Part shown: piece after piece, positions 44,656 through 57,124 of the stretch
How positions within the stretch are numbered: the stretch's first letter is position 1
Layout: every line of letters begins with the position of its first letter
DNA from: Rebecca billardiae RCC1528
Lineage: Eukaryota > Protista > Haptophyta
NCBI GenBank assembly: GCA_965240325.2
Contig: OZ251229.1
Location: 806,001-870,000 of the forward strand
Direction of reading: 5' to 3'
DNA: 64,000 nucleotides
Notes under the pieces: model-generated
What the model saw: the letters and a program-made list of their open reading frames with translations, nothing else
Databases searched by the model: none
What the model was told of the DNA's origin: nothing
Program-made: the position numbers and the translations under genes

Positions 44656-45264
44656 TATGGAGCGCTCGTTGGAACTTGACGCCGGTTTGGCGCCCGCGCG
44701 GCGAGGGCGACGACGGGCGTACACGGGGCCCGCGGCGGCGGGAAGCGCGCGGGCGCGGCCGAGAACGGTACGGTCCGGACGCCTCTCGCCAGCCGCGGAC
44801 GCGCACCGCGCTCCCTTCTCGCACGCTGCTAACTTGATCCGGGTTGAACGGTGGTTTTGCTGCCGACCAGCTCAAGTTCCACGGCTGGTCAAGGTTCGGC
44901 TTGCGACCTCGCCGCTGGTGCTTGCAAGAAGGTACACGAGTTGGTCGAACTCCCACGCACCCGCTCTGCGCTCGTCGACGCCCTCTGAAGGTGACTCGGG
45001 GTGCATGCCGGGCAGTGGAATGCAGTGGTTCGGCGTTGCCTCTCAGTCGTCCAGCGCGTAGGCCATGTAGCGCGGGTGTGGTGCGCGCATGGCCCGGTAA
45101 TTCGGTCGCGGCATGTCTGTCTGGGCTGCCCAAGGCCTGCCGCACCGCAAAGCGAGCGCTCAGGAGCGTGTGCCGACCGTGCCAGCCCCGCCGAGATGGG
45201 GCACTTCGCTGGGAAATGCGGTGTCAAGTTCCACCCCCGCTCAAGTTCCAACGAGCGCTCCATA
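44656..45264. mobile_element. MITE with perfect 24-bp inverted ends (outer TA is probably the TSD)
   Basis: TATGGAGCGCTCGTTGGAACTTGA at 44656 and TCAAGTTCCAACGAGCGCTCCATA ending at 45264; TCAAGTTCCA recurs internally. Confidence 0.85.
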
Positions 45265-45557
45265 CGTACAATAGAGCACGGCCCTTGAATAGAGGAGGGT
45301 GGACCGTGGATCGGTGACTGTTCGTCAGACCAAGTGTGTTAGTGAAGCTGGCCGCCGCCGCCGACGTCAACGGCGACGGTGCACTGATCTATTTACTACG
45401 ACATGGCACATCATAGCACGTGACGCAGTAGCTGCAAGCTCGCGGAAGTTGACCGTCCGCCGTGCCATGAGCATCGGGCTGCCCGGGGCTGAACCAAAGT
45501 TGGCAGTCGCATCTTATCGTTGCTGACATCAGTTCCGCAAGGGTTCGCACGGCCGCG

Positions 45558-46276
45558 CTAGAACGCGCCCCGGTCGCCGCCAGCGTTTGTGTGGTTCAGG
45601 CCCCACTTGTCGCCGTGGGTGAAGCTGATCTTCTCGTTGCGCTCGTTGTTGGCAGTGTAGTCCCAATTGGGAGTCTCGGAGGTATGCCACTGCTCGCGCA
45701 GCTCGTTCTCGTCGAAGCGATCTCCCTTGCCATCGCGCTTATCCTTCCTGCAGGCGCAGGGGCGCGGCAGGCGGACAGTAAGTGGAAGGGCTGCTGGGCG
45801 CGTGCGCATGCGGGATGGCGCGCTCACCAAGGCATGGCATCTCTCATCTCGACGACGCTGTATTGCCTGAACGAGTGCAGCTGCGTCGTCTCGAAGTACC
45901 GGGGCACCTCTGCCGACGCGCGGGCGGGCGGCGGGATGGCCGGGCGGCGGCGAGTCGCAGACGAGCCGCCCGTCGAGGCCAGCCTCGACTTGGTGGACTT
46001 GGCCGGCGGGGATTTGGCGAACTCCGCCTGCGTCTTTTTTATGTGCTCCGCATACTCTTTAGTGTCCACGTGGCCGGTCGCGTCCTGGTCCTCAGCCCCC
46101 ATCATCACCGAGACGTTGGCTGCGTTCGCAGATGCCTGGAGTTCGGCGAGCTTGTCCATGCGCTCAGACGAGAACTTGTCAGCGGGCTTCGCGATGTTCG
46201 CCTTCGGCGCCGTGCGTCGCGCGCCGGTCTTTGCGAACGGGCCCGGCGAGGTGCTATGCGCTGGAGACGACGGCAT
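45558..46276 (-). CDS. Small hypothetical protein; intron 45827-45748
   Basis: Two ORFs joined in frame by an 80-bp GTGAGC...CAG intron (..RDAMPW|KDKRDG..). Confidence 0.65.
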
Positions 46277-46421
46277 GATGTTTCGCCCACCGCCCTCGCG
46301 CCCTTGCTCGACGGGCTTGCGAAGAAGGCGTGCGTGGGCGCGCTTGACGGGCGGGCGGCTTCGGCCGATCAATCGGGTCGAGTAACGACTTTTTCCTACG
46401 AACCAGCATCATACCCCCATA

Positions 46422-46530
46422 CAGTTTACTAAGATAAGAGACGCACACAGCTCACAGGCAGGCGAGATTACATCGACATCGTACAGTTTACTAAGAATAA
46501 GAGACGCACACAGCTCAGGCAGGCGAGATT
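46422..46530 (+). repeat. Two tandem solo TIRs of the CAGTTTACT MITE family
   Basis: TA|CAGTTTACTAAG(A)ATAAGAGACGCACACAGCTC(AC)AGGCAGGCGAGATT at 46422-46469 and 46484-46530. Confidence 0.88.
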
Positions 46531-46674
46531 GCAATTTTATTCTCCCGAGGACGAACCGCTGGGCGATGGCGGCGATCGAACCCCGATGCTTGTACCGTAC
46601 TACGTACTACTAGCTACGTACAGGCAAGGGCGCAAGGCCCACTGCCGGTAGCACTCTCGAGTTCAGTATGAGGC

Positions 46675-48234
46675 TCAGGGCTGCAGCCTCCCTGGCGGCT
46701 CGTTCGTGGTGCTCACGGCATCCACCTGGTGGGCTGGCACGGCGATTGCCGCCATGTGATTGCGTGCGCAGGCTATCTGCAGCACCCGCCAGCCGCGCAG
46801 CGACGGCCCAGCCGGCCAGTACGCTGGGCGCGCCACCCCAACGCGGTGCGGCCCCATGAGGTAGCACTTCATCGCGTCCACGCGCGGCGGCTTGCCCTCG
46901 CCGGCGGCGTTCAGAAAGCGCTCCACGCCGCACCGGCCGTCATTCGAGCCGCAGCCCCATGCCCACGCCCGGCCCTCGACATCCACCGCGGCGGCGTGGA
47001 TGTGCCCGCACGCGATGCCGATGAACGGCCCAGCGCTGGAGTAGGGCGGTGGCCAGCACGCAAAGGGCGACATGGGCGGGCACGACGAGCCATTGCGTAG
47101 CGAGTCACCGACTCGGTAGGGAGTGAGCTCGTCCCATGGTCGGCCGAACGCGCCGTCCTTGTCACCGAGGTTGGCAAGCACGCCCTTGTGGCACGTGCCC
47201 CACGTGTAAAGTTCGCCATTGTCGGAGAGCGCCATTGTGTGCGGTCCCTCGGCCCCGCCCGCAGGCCCAGCCGCGCCCACGCTGTTGCGCCGCCTGGGTT
47301 GGGTGGAGATCAGGCCGCCCTTGACCCCGGGTTGCCCTCGCGTGCACGCGACCGCAACGACGCATACGCCCTCGAGAGCAGCCCCGCCAACGCGGCACGG
47401 TGTGCTGCGCGGCGCGCGATCTCCGTGCCCCAGGTTGCCGTGGCCCCCGTACCCCCACGTCCAGCACCCACCGTCGCGCGTGCATGCCGCAGCGTAGAGG
47501 GAGCCGAGGGAGACGTGCACCACGTGCGCACCCAGAGCTTCCACGCACGCGGGCAGGAGACGCGTCGCGGGCGCAGAGGCGCCAAGGCCGAGCCGGCCGT
47601 GCGTATTCGCGCCCCACGTGTACAGCTGGCCGCTTGGGCGGTCGTGCAGGGGTTGACTCTCGGCCCCTCCGAGCTGCTCGCGCTCGAGCACGATGGCTGC
47701 CGAGTAGCCATGCTCCGCGTCGACGAAAAAGGCTCCAGTCAGGAGGCCACGCCCATCGGGCGCGAGGACGGGGGCTGGGGTGCTAAGCTCAGCTCCTGGC
47801 TTGCCTTGGCCGACCGCACCGCGACCGAGAGCGCCGTGTGCGTGCGCCCCCCAGCTGAAGACGTGCCCGTATATGCGCGTGCAGGCGATGGCATGGTCGC
47901 CGCCGCATGCCACCAGCTGCACTTGCTCGCCTCGACGAGCGAGCGCTGTCACGAGCAACGGTCGGTTGATCATGCGACCCACTACCGCTGGCCCGTGCCC
48001 GAGCCGGCCGTGAATGTCTTGTCCCCACGTGAAGAGCTCACCACTGGCCGCCACAGCCGCGGTGAATCCCTGGTGTGCGCCGCCGCACGACACGTGCACG
48101 ACCTGCTGCGGGAGCGCCCGCACGGGATGGGGGAGCGCGCAGTTCTCACTACCAGGGTAGCGAAGCCCATGGCCAAGCTGGCCCTTCGAGCCGCGTCCCC
48201 AGGTGAAGAGAATGCCGCCCGCGTCGTCCGACAT
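46675..48234 (-). CDS. RCC1-repeat (beta-propeller) protein; upstream alternative ATG possible
   Basis: Repeated LFTWGRG..GQLGHG, VSCGG.H, LYTWG.N.HGRLG and IACG..H motifs. Confidence 0.9.
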   Translation of the reverse strand: MSDDAGGILFTWGRGSKGQLGHGLRYPGSENCALPHPVRALPQQVVHVSCGGAHQGFTAAVAASGELFTWGQDIHGRLGHGPAVVGRMINRPLLVTALARRGEQVQLVACGGDHAIACTRIYGHVFSWGAHAHGALGRGAVGQGKPGAELSTPAPVLAPDGRGLLTGAFFVDAEHGYSAAIVLEREQLGGAESQPLHDRPSGQLYTWGANTHGRLGLGASAPATRLLPACVEALGAHVVHVSLGSLYAAACTRDGGCWTWGYGGHGNLGHGDRAPRSTPCRVGGAALEGVCVVAVACTRGQPGVKGGLISTQPRRRNSVGAAGPAGGAEGPHTMALSDNGELYTWGTCHKGVLANLGDKDGAFGRPWDELTPYRVGDSLRNGSSCPPMSPFACWPPPYSSAGPFIGIACGHIHAAAVDVEGRAWAWGCGSNDGRCGVERFLNAAGEGKPPRVDAMKCYLMGPHRVGVARPAYWPAGPSLRGWRVLQIACARNHMAAIAVPAHQVDAVSTTNEPPGRLQP

Positions 48235-48482
48235 CGAGCGTGCCCGCCCAGGGGCCGCGGCCGTGCGCAGCGGACTAGTCCGCCTTCCGCCTGCCGTTTG
48301 CGGAGTGTCCGGCTGCAGGCGGACGAATTCCGGACGGAACATTCCTGCGTGCGAGTCACCATCACCAGATTTTCGCACAAACGGCCTCCGCAGCGGCTTT
48401 GCCTTCGCCGAACGACTGGCAACGCGAGGCGGAGGCTTGCGAGCGCCGAGCGGAGGCTGGTCCGTATTTGAGCGGGCTCGCC

Positions 48483-51400
48483 ATGCTGAACGCCAAGCCC
48501 GCGGCGTCCAAGAAGCCGAAGAAGGTGCGGGGGGGGGGGGCGGGCAGGGGCAGGAGGGCGCGCCGGCCAGCCCGGCAGGTGCGCCTTAGGACCTGCCTGC
48601 GGCGCGGCTGGGCGGCGCGCGGGCGCATGGGCAGCGCACATGCGCGGCGCGCTGACCGGCGCGCGCCGGGATCGAATCCGCGCGCAGGATGCGGCGCCGC
48701 CAGACGTGTTCTGGTTCCCGCACGAGCAGGAGGGGTACATCCTGGGCGACGTGCTCGATAAGATTGCGTACGGCGACACGGCGCGCGTGAGGCTGCACCT
48801 GCCCGATGGCGACACGCGCATCGAGACGCTCGCGATGGCGACCGGCCGTCCGGTCAACCCGCCCAACCTCGACGGCGTCGGCGACAACACGCAGCTGATG
48901 CACCTGCACGAGCCGAGCCTGCTGCACAATATCCGGTACAGGTACGACAAGGACCTCATCTACACGTACACGGGCTACATCCTCATCGCCGTCAACCCGT
49001 ACAAGCAGCTGCACTGCTTCACGGACGCTGACATGGCCGAGTACATCGGCAAGTCGATCGGCGTGCGCCCGCCGCACCTGTACGCGATCGCCGACCGCGC
49101 GTACCGCTCGATGAAGGTGGACGGCTGCAGCCAGTCCGTCATCATCTCGGGCGAGTCCGGCGCGGGCAAGACCGAGTCCTCCAAGATCGTCATGCGCTAC
49201 CTCGCGCTCGCCGGCGCGCCGCCCGCCAACCGCGCGGGCAAGGACACTGACGAGCGCCGCGCGTCGGACACGCTCGCGTCGCTCTCGGAGAAGGTGCTCG
49301 GGTGCAACCCGATCCTCGAGGCGTTCGGCAACGCGAAGACCGTGATGAACAACAACTCCTCCCGCTTCGGCAAGTTCACGCGCATCCACTTTGACCGGCG
49401 CAACTGGCTGGTGGGCGCGGACATCGTCACCTACCTGCTCGAGCGCTCGCGCGTCGTGCTGCAGTCGCCCGGCGAGCGCAACTTCCACGTGTTCTACCAG
49501 GTGATGGCCGGGCTGAACGACATCGACCGGCAGGAGTTCTCGCTGGGCAAGAACCTCGAGGACTTCCAGTACGCGCCGCGCCGTGCGGCGCGCGCGTGCG
49601 CAGCGCGCGCGCGGATGCTGCGCCGCGCTGTGCGCCGCCGCGCGCGGCGCACCCGCGCGTGCGCGGCGCGGCGACGCGCTGGCAGAGGGCGTGCCAGGCG
49701 CGCGCGCGGCGGCCGTCCGCCTCGTGACGCCCCTCCTCGCGCGCCTGCCGCGCCGCGCGCCTGCCGCGCCGCGCGCAGCTACATGAGCCAGAGCGGCTGC
49801 ACCGTCGTGGACGACGTGGACGACCAGGACAAGTTCGTCGAGCTGGTCGCGTCGATGCGCACGTGCGCGATCGAGCCGGGGATGCAGAAGAACCTGTTCC
49901 GCTCGCTCGCGGCGCTGATGCACCTCGGCGCCATCCAGTTCCAGTCGAGCGCGAGCGAGGCGGAGGGCTGCGTGCTCGCGTCCGAGCGGCCGCTGCACGT
50001 CGCCGCCAAGCTGCTCGGCGTCTCCGAGTCGATCGCGCTCGAGGGGCTGACGCACCGCACGATGTCGTCGGGCGGGCGGCACTCGGAGACGTACCGGATC
50101 CCGCTCAAGCCGCAGGACGCGACGTACGCGCGCGACACGCTGTGCAAGTGGCTGTACGCGATGATGTTTGCGTGGCTCGTGCGGCAGATCAACGCGTGCC
50201 TGCTCACGCAGGCGCAGTCGCGCGCGACCATCTCGGTGCTCGACATCTTCGGGTTCGAGGTGTTCGACGTGAACTCGTTCGAGCAGCTGTGCATCAACTT
50301 CGCCAACGAGAAGCTGCAGGGCCACTTCAACTCGTGCATCTTCAAGCAGGAGCAGGAGATCTACATCCGAGAGGCGATCCGGTGGACGCCGATCGACGAG
50401 CCGGACAACGAGGAGTGCATCGCGATGCTCGAGGCGAAAACGGCGGGGTGCCCGGGGATCTTCCACATCCTGGACGAGCAGTGCCGGCTGGCGAAGGCGA
50501 CCGACCTGGCCTTCACGCGCAAGGTGTACGAGGTGCACTCGGCGAACAAGGCGCTGCAGCGCCCGCGGCACGGCGGCAGGCGGCAGGGCACGGGCCTGAC
50601 GGTCGACGAGGCCTTTGTCGTGCGCCACTACGCGGGCGAGGTGTGCTACTTCACGCACACGTTCCTGGACAAGAACAACAACGTGCTGCACGCGGACCTC
50701 GAGGCGGTGGTGCAGGCGTCGACCGACCCGTTCCTGCAGGAGGTGCTCGCGGGCGCGCCCAAGCCGCCCGGGCCGGCGCCGGTGCCGGGCTCGACCGCGG
50801 CGCACGAGGCGGAGGAGCAGGAGCTGACGCGCCGCAACGGCGTCGTGCGCGGGCCGGCGGCGCTGGCGATCTCGCGCTTCTCGTCGGTGTCGGGCCAGTT
50901 CGTCAAGCAGCTGGGCGAGCTGATCGCGATGCTGCACAAGACCAACTCGCACTTCGTGCGCTGCATCAACCCGAACGCGCAGAAGCGCGCCGGCCTCTTC
51001 CACGGCGGGCGCGTGCTGTCGCAGCTGCGCTGCTCGGGCATGATCGAGGCGCTGCGGCTGATGCACGCGGGGTTCCCGACGCGCTGCCCGTACGACGACC
51101 TGTACGACCGGTACAAGGAGATGATGCCCAAGTCGATCGCCGCGCTCGACTCGCCCTCCTTCTGCGAGGTGCTGCTGATGGCGCTCGGGCTGGACAAGTC
51201 CGACTACCAGCTCGGCATCACCAAGGTGTTCTTCAGGGCGGGCAAGCTCGCCTTCCTCGACGAGCTGCGCTCGTCGGAGTACGAGGAGCTCGCGCCGGAC
51301 ATCGTGAACAAGGTGCGCATCTGGCTCATCCGCAAGCGCTTCCGCCGGCACACCATCGCCGTCGTCGCCTTCCTCCGCATCTGCCGGCTGCTGCGCGAGC

Positions 51401-53335
51401 TGCGCGCGCGCACGCGCGTGCACAAGCTCTTCTGCGTCGCCACGCTGCTCGCGGCGCGCCCCAAGCTCTCGGTGAAGCGCGCGCGGCAGCTGCGCGGGCG
51501 GAACGCGGCGACGCGGATCCAGGCGTCGGCGCGCAGGCAGATCGTCGTCGCGCGGCAGCACCGCATGTTCTGGGCCACCTTCCTCCTGCAGCGCACCGGC
51601 CGCGGGCTGATTGCGCGCTCGGAGACGCGCGACGCGCTCGCGGCGCTGCGCAAGGCGCGCGCCGAGGCGGAGGCCGCGGCGAAGAGCGCGGCGGACGAGG
51701 CGCGGCGCGAGGCGGAGCGCGCGGAGATGGAGCGGGTGCGCGCGCTCGCCAACGCCGCGCGCGCCGAGCGCATGGAGGCGGCCAAGGCGGTCGCCTCGCG
51801 GTTCAACGACGCGAGCCGGTACCAATCGCGCTCGCGGCCGACGCACGCCGCCTTGGCCGCGCCCTTTGCCGGCTCGGGGATCGCCGCGTCGCTCGCGGCG
51901 GCCGGCCCGGCGATGCGCGCGGAGGACGGGACGGAGCTGGTGGGCGTGCCGCCGGGCGTGCTCGCCGCGCACGAGGAGCGGATCAGCGCGCTCGAGAAGC
52001 AGCTCGCCGCCGTGCTCGAGGCGCTGGACACGGAGCGCGCGCGCACGAGCGCGCTCGAGCGCAAGCTCGACGCGCTGCCGCTCGACAGCGCGCCCGCGGA
52101 CTCGGCGTCGGTGCTGAAGGACCGGAGCGGGCTGAAGGACGAGCTGGAGCAGGTGGCGCAGCAAACGTTCGAGCGGCTCGTCGAGCAGCGCGGCGCTGAG
52201 CGCCGCGCGTCCACCGCGTCGCGCCGTCAGTCGGCGGTGGGCGCAGTCGGCGGCAAGGGCACCTGGTCGGTCGGGCTGCTCGACTTGCTGGGGATGGGGC
52301 GCGAGGGCGTGGAGGCGCAGGGCGTGCGCTCGGAGTCGCGACGCGGCTCGGTGAGCAGCGCGGCCGGCGCGGCCGGGCGCAACGGCACGCCCGTCATCCC
52401 GCCGCCGAGCGACGCGCTCTCGGGGCTGCAGGGCGCCGCGCGCGCGATCGAGGGGCACTTTCACGACGGCGTGCGCACGACCGGCAAGCTGCCCGCCGAG
52501 CTGGGCGACGACACGCACAACAAGGAGATCGCGGTCCTCGTGCGCGGGCAGCTGTGCACCGCGCTCTCGCGCGTGATGCTGCACGGATTCAAGTCGTTCA
52601 AGCTGATCGGCCGGTACCACATCTGGGACTTTGTGCAGGCGGCAGCGGACGCCGTGCGCGCCGCGCGCGCACCGCGCGCGCGGCCAGAGCGCGCGCCGCG
52701 CCGGTCGGGCGGGCGGAGGGCAGAGCACGCCCGAGCGCGCCGGCTCACGCGACGCGCGCGCGTGCAACCTCGCGGCGCAGGTGCACGAGAGACACGCGGC
52801 GTCCGCGTCCTCGCAGTACACCGAGGCGGAGCAGTCGCTCACCAAGGCGGTGGTGCAGGCACGCGCTCGCGCGCCGTCCGCGCAGCCGCTCGAGCGGCCG
52901 GTCGCGCGGCGGCAGCCTGCCGCGAGCGGAGCGCGCCCTCACCCCGGCGCGCGCCCAACGATGCCCCGCGCCCACCAGGTGAATGATCACGAGGGCATGG
53001 CGAACAACCCCAACATCAAGTTCCGCTCGTTCGTGTGCCAGGGCCTCAACGACCGCCTGCTGCACGGCTGGGTGCAGGTGCTCACCGCGGACGAGCAGAC
53101 GATGGTCAAATTCTATGAGACGTGGGCGTACGTGCGCGCCTCGGAGGTGAGGCGCACGCGCGCGCACGCGCGCGCGCTGACGCGCGGCGCGCCAGCTGGA
53201 TGCTCACGTGATATGCGCGCGCGCTGCCCCTTTCCGCAGGGCGCGCTGAACATGGTGATGAGCACGCTCGAGCCGCTCAAGGGGATGCCCTTCAGGCTCT
53301 CCCTCGACTACGAGATCACGCGGTGGGACCTCTGA
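48483..53335 (+). CDS. Myosin VI-like unconventional myosin with a C-terminal RUN domain; introns 48525-48687, 49569-49778, 52654-52780, 52859-52978 (GC-AG), 53147-53239
   Basis: P-loop GESGAGKT, switch-1 NNNSSRFG, switch-2 DIFGFE, FVRCINPN, converter TKVFFRAG; IQ motifs, coiled coil; RUN motifs LCTALSRVMLHGFK, IWDFV, KFRSFVCQGLNDRLL..W, FYETWAYV. Confidence 0.93.
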
Positions 53336-53744
53336 GACACGGACACGCGAGCGCGCGCACTCACTACTAGTCACCGCCCGGGTGAGCAAGCGCTGCTCCG
53401 GCCTGGGAGGCGTGGTGCCGCCCTGAGCCGCCCATCCTCGGAGGTTCGCAGGCTCGCGGTGCACCTACCAGTGCGCTGCCATATCCGACACCAATCACCA
53501 TCCTGCCGCAGCAGCTCGATCACATTCCTACGGGCCGAGTCTCAAGTCTCATAAGGCTCAGACTCAGGGTGACAGCCCGTCAGTGGCGTCAGTCGGACTG
53601 GCGAGTCGGACTCCGAATAAGGGCGGAGCAGCAGACGAGACTCCGGAGGGTGACTGCCGAGTGCCGATGATGAACCATTACTAATACTACCCTCCACTGA
53701 TATGAGTAGCTAGCAGAGTGATATTGTGATAGTGATCAGTCATC

Positions 53745-55179
53745 GACCGTACTACTCTTCCGTCAGAACCAACGTAGTTGGGGGCCCGCGGTGCAGCTGT
53801 GCCACGCGCTCCGTCACCGCCACGGCACGGCATCACTGGCTCTCAGTCACTGAGTGAGTGATCGAGCCGCCGCCGCTCACGGTCAGCGCGCGGTCCGAGC
53901 TCGCGCGCCAAACGCCCGCCCATGCGCCACTAGTGAAGCCGTCGAGACTCGAGACGTGGCGCGCGCGGGCGCGCGCATGGTCAGCTGGAAACACAGCGCG
54001 AGAAACTCGCCTCGCCCCTACGCGCCACGCGCATTCGCACCCAGAATATCACGTACACGACTCACGAGCCCGGAGCATCGTCCAATGAGTAGTTAAGCTA
54101 CTTGGCAGAGTCTTCACGACCGGTGAATCAGCTCACGGCTGCGCAGTCAATAACATGATGAACTCGAGGGACACCCGATGCTGCTGTCGGCTGCGGAGTA
54201 GTAGCAGGCCTGGATTCACGCGTTAGTTAGGATGCCCCACGGTCTCCTCCTCGTACCGTCGCCGACTGCTCTCCGCGCGCGGGCGGGCGACGTCGATAAT
54301 CGTCGATTTGTGTCCGCCGGTCGTGCTTGGTTGGAAATCGCACCATTGACTGGGCCGAAGAGGGATCGGCAGGGCGGGGCGCGCGCATCATGGTCAGCTG
54401 GAAACAAAGCGAGAAACGCGCCTCGCTCCCACGCGCCACGCGCTTTCGCACCCAGAATATCACGACACACGAGCGGAGCCTGACTGACTCGAGCGGTCGA
54501 CAATGCGGAGCGTCTCACCTCACGTGCTCGGCCGAAGAGGCATCTGCAGGGCGGGTCGCGCGGGGTGAGCGGGCACGAAAGCGACGCCGACAACCGTCGG
54601 GATACCCGCCGCAGCCGCGCGCACCGCCACCTGCGCTGAGTCCGTCGGATTGAACGATCGCGTGCGCTGCCGCAGCGGGCCGCCGCTCGGCGCTCCGCGT
54701 TCGCTTTCAATTCGGCGTGCCGGTGGCCGAGGCGGCGAGGCCTCGACTCTCCAGAGCTCAGAGGGCCGAATCCAGTATTCATCAAGGGATATAGTATATG
54801 AAGATTGCGTTGTCAGGTTGCTGCGCGATCAACCTTTGATCATCAAACGTCGTCGCTCCTTGAATCTCACTCATTGGCCGAAAAAATCGCTTGTAACGGT
54901 GTCGTTACGTTACGCATCCTAAAGGACGTGAGTTGTTTTGGACGGACGGGCGTCACCGCCGGCACGCATTACTTATGAACTTGCCTGGACGTGCCCATTT
55001 CGTCGGCGGATCAACCTCTATAAAGGAGGTCTCAAAACATATTCGAAACTCGGGCTCCTCCAGCCCTGAAAATCGTCACCGCCCCTTTTTCTTATTTGAT
55101 CAAAGATCTTTTTGAAACGTGGTTAGTGCCCGCGGAGTGGGCTCCACGCTGCGCGCTCCGCCCTGCACCGCGGGCCATA
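53745..55179 (-). mobile_element. Non-autonomous Helitron2/Helentron-like element A (3' hairpin eroded)
   Basis: Asymmetric inverted 13-mer GGCCCGCGGTGCA at 53783 and TGCACCGCGGGCC at 55164-55176. Both ends are homologous to element B. Internal diverged direct repeats at ~53970-54075 and ~54380-54480. Confidence 0.62.
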
Positions 55180-55194
55180 TTATGCTATACGTTT

Positions 55195-57120
55195 TATGGC
55201 CCGCGGTGCAGGGCGGAGCGCGTAGCGTGGAGCCCCGCCGGGGGCCCTCACTACGTTGTCAAAAAGATCTTTTGATCAAAGAAAAGGGGACGGGGGACGA
55301 TTTTGAGGGCTGTTGGAGGGTGAGTTTTCGCTTTTTCGAGGGGTTCATTCGCCCATTGCTCTGCATTAGCAAGACGCGATTGACGAAATAGCCGCGCCCG
55401 GGCCATTCCGCATATGTCGATGGACGGACGTGCATTTGTCAGTATATCTGGGTGAACGAATCTGCGATTTGTTGTAAATCTTCATAGCATATTGCCAAAT
55501 AGGACGAGGACCCAAGCGCTTGGGTCCTCGTCCTATTTGGCGCGTGGGTGCGGGCCGAGGGCTCCTGGCAAAAAGTCTTCGTCAAGTACTCAACTTTACT
55601 AACGACGAACCTTTGCGCGCTGCCAAATTACTCAACTTTATACACCTAATAATGACCCCAGTGGGCGGAAATGGCCATATCTCCCGGAGATCGGGAGTAC
55701 TCACACGTGTGAGTCAGAGTCATGTTTCGTCCTTTTTTCCGAGACCGCTGGCACGCGGCGCGCGCTGCCGCTCGCCGCCGCTGCGCTCGATGCGAGCGCG
55801 GCCGCCGCCGCGGCAGCGCGCGGGCCGGGCGGCTGCGAGGACCCGGGCGCGCTCGTGCGCAAGCGGCGGCGCCCGGTGGGCGGCGCGGCGGCGCCCGCCG
55901 ACGCGCACGGCAAGAGCGAAGGCTGCGGTGCGCTGAGTGACGCCGAGGTGGAGGCCGCGGCCAGCGAGCTCGCGCGGCCCGGCGCGCGCGCGGTGCGGCT
56001 CGGGCTGGGGCACGAGGCGCGGACGGCGGCGCGCTCGGCGGCACCGGCGCGCTGGATGCGCTCGCCTGCCCGCTCGCGCGGCACGCGGCTGCGAGGCGCA
56101 GCGCGAGCCGCCGGGCTAGGCCGCGTGCGCCGAGGCGGGCGAGACGCTCGGCGTGCTCGGCGGCGCGCTCGGCATCACGGCGCGCTGCTGGCGGCGCTGC
56201 TCGCGTGCCCTTCCATCGTCTCGCTCGCCACATCCGCTGCGACGGAGCAGTCCAGCAGCAGCACCGTTTCCGGCATGCGCACGCTGGCGCTCGCGCACGC
56301 CAACTGCGAGTGCGGAGGCGCTGGGCGCCGAGCTGGCGAAGCGCGGCGCCGAGCTCGACGCGCTGCGCGACGCGGCGACGGACGCGCTGCCGCTGGGCGC
56401 GCGTGGCGCCCTCGTCGCGACGCCCCGTGCAGCAGCTCGAGCAGCCAGCTGTGGAGTAGACGGCCGTCGAGGCGATCGGCGCCGGGTGCCAGCGCGCACG
56501 GGCTCAGCCCGTGCCGCTGGCTCGGGCCGCCGCAGCCGTCTTCGAGGCCGACGCGGCGGAGGAGGCGGCGGGCGAGCTGACGGCGGCGCGGTCCGGCGGT
56601 GGAGCAGGCGCGCACGCGCGGCGGCAGGCGCGACGCGCCGCTCGCCTCGTTCCACCCCGAGCTCCGCTCGGTCTCGGTGCGCGGCTGCCGGTAGCGCAGG
56701 CCGGGGCAGCACTGCGTGGCGCGCGCTCTCGCTCCGTCTGCCGGCACGAGGTGCGCCGGCTGAGTGAGCGACCAGCGGCCCGTCGTCGAGCGCATGGCGC
56801 CGCGCGAGCACCTCAAGCAGACTGTGCGCCCGCACGCGCGCACGCGCCGGCCCGCGCCGCGCGGCGCCTATCGCCCTGCCTGCGCGCGCGCGCCGCCCCG
56901 CGGCGGCCGCTTCCCCGCGCGGCGGCCCGCCGGCGACAGTCCTCGGCCCGCCGGCCCGGTGGGCGGCAACTGAGTTGTGGCGGTGGCAGCTCCGAGGCGA
57001 ACGAACTGTTACGCACATGATTGTCCGACTGAGCTAGACAGCACTCAGCAGCCGACGGAGGGTGCACCGCGGGCCCCTAACTGCGTTGGTTCTACGGAAG
57101 GACCGCGGAACGCGGTCATA
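55195..57120 (+). mobile_element. Non-autonomous Helitron2/Helentron-like element B with a frameshifted captured gene fragment
   Basis: 5' TAT-GGCCCGCGGTGCA can pair with downstream CCGGGGGCC. Subterminal inverted copy at 57063-57075. Terminal hairpin GACCGCG-GAA-CGCGGTC at 57101-57117, then ATA. No TSD. Confidence 0.68.
55494..55541. repeat. Perfect 48-bp palindrome
   Basis: GCCAAATAGGACGAGGACCCAAGC|GCTTGGGTCCTCGTCCTATTTGGC. Confidence 0.95.
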
Positions 57121-57124
57121 TTAT

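Noticed and set aside
46555-46600. GGTTCGATC B-box-like motif on the minus strand suggesting a tRNA or SINE
   Set aside because: No cloverleaf, acceptor stem or A-box could be built.
53757-57100. One cut-and-paste transposon with ~39-bp TIRs
   Set aside because: No clean TSD. The internal inverted ends at 55164-55210 and the hairpin beyond 57100 are better explained by two inverted asymmetric elements.
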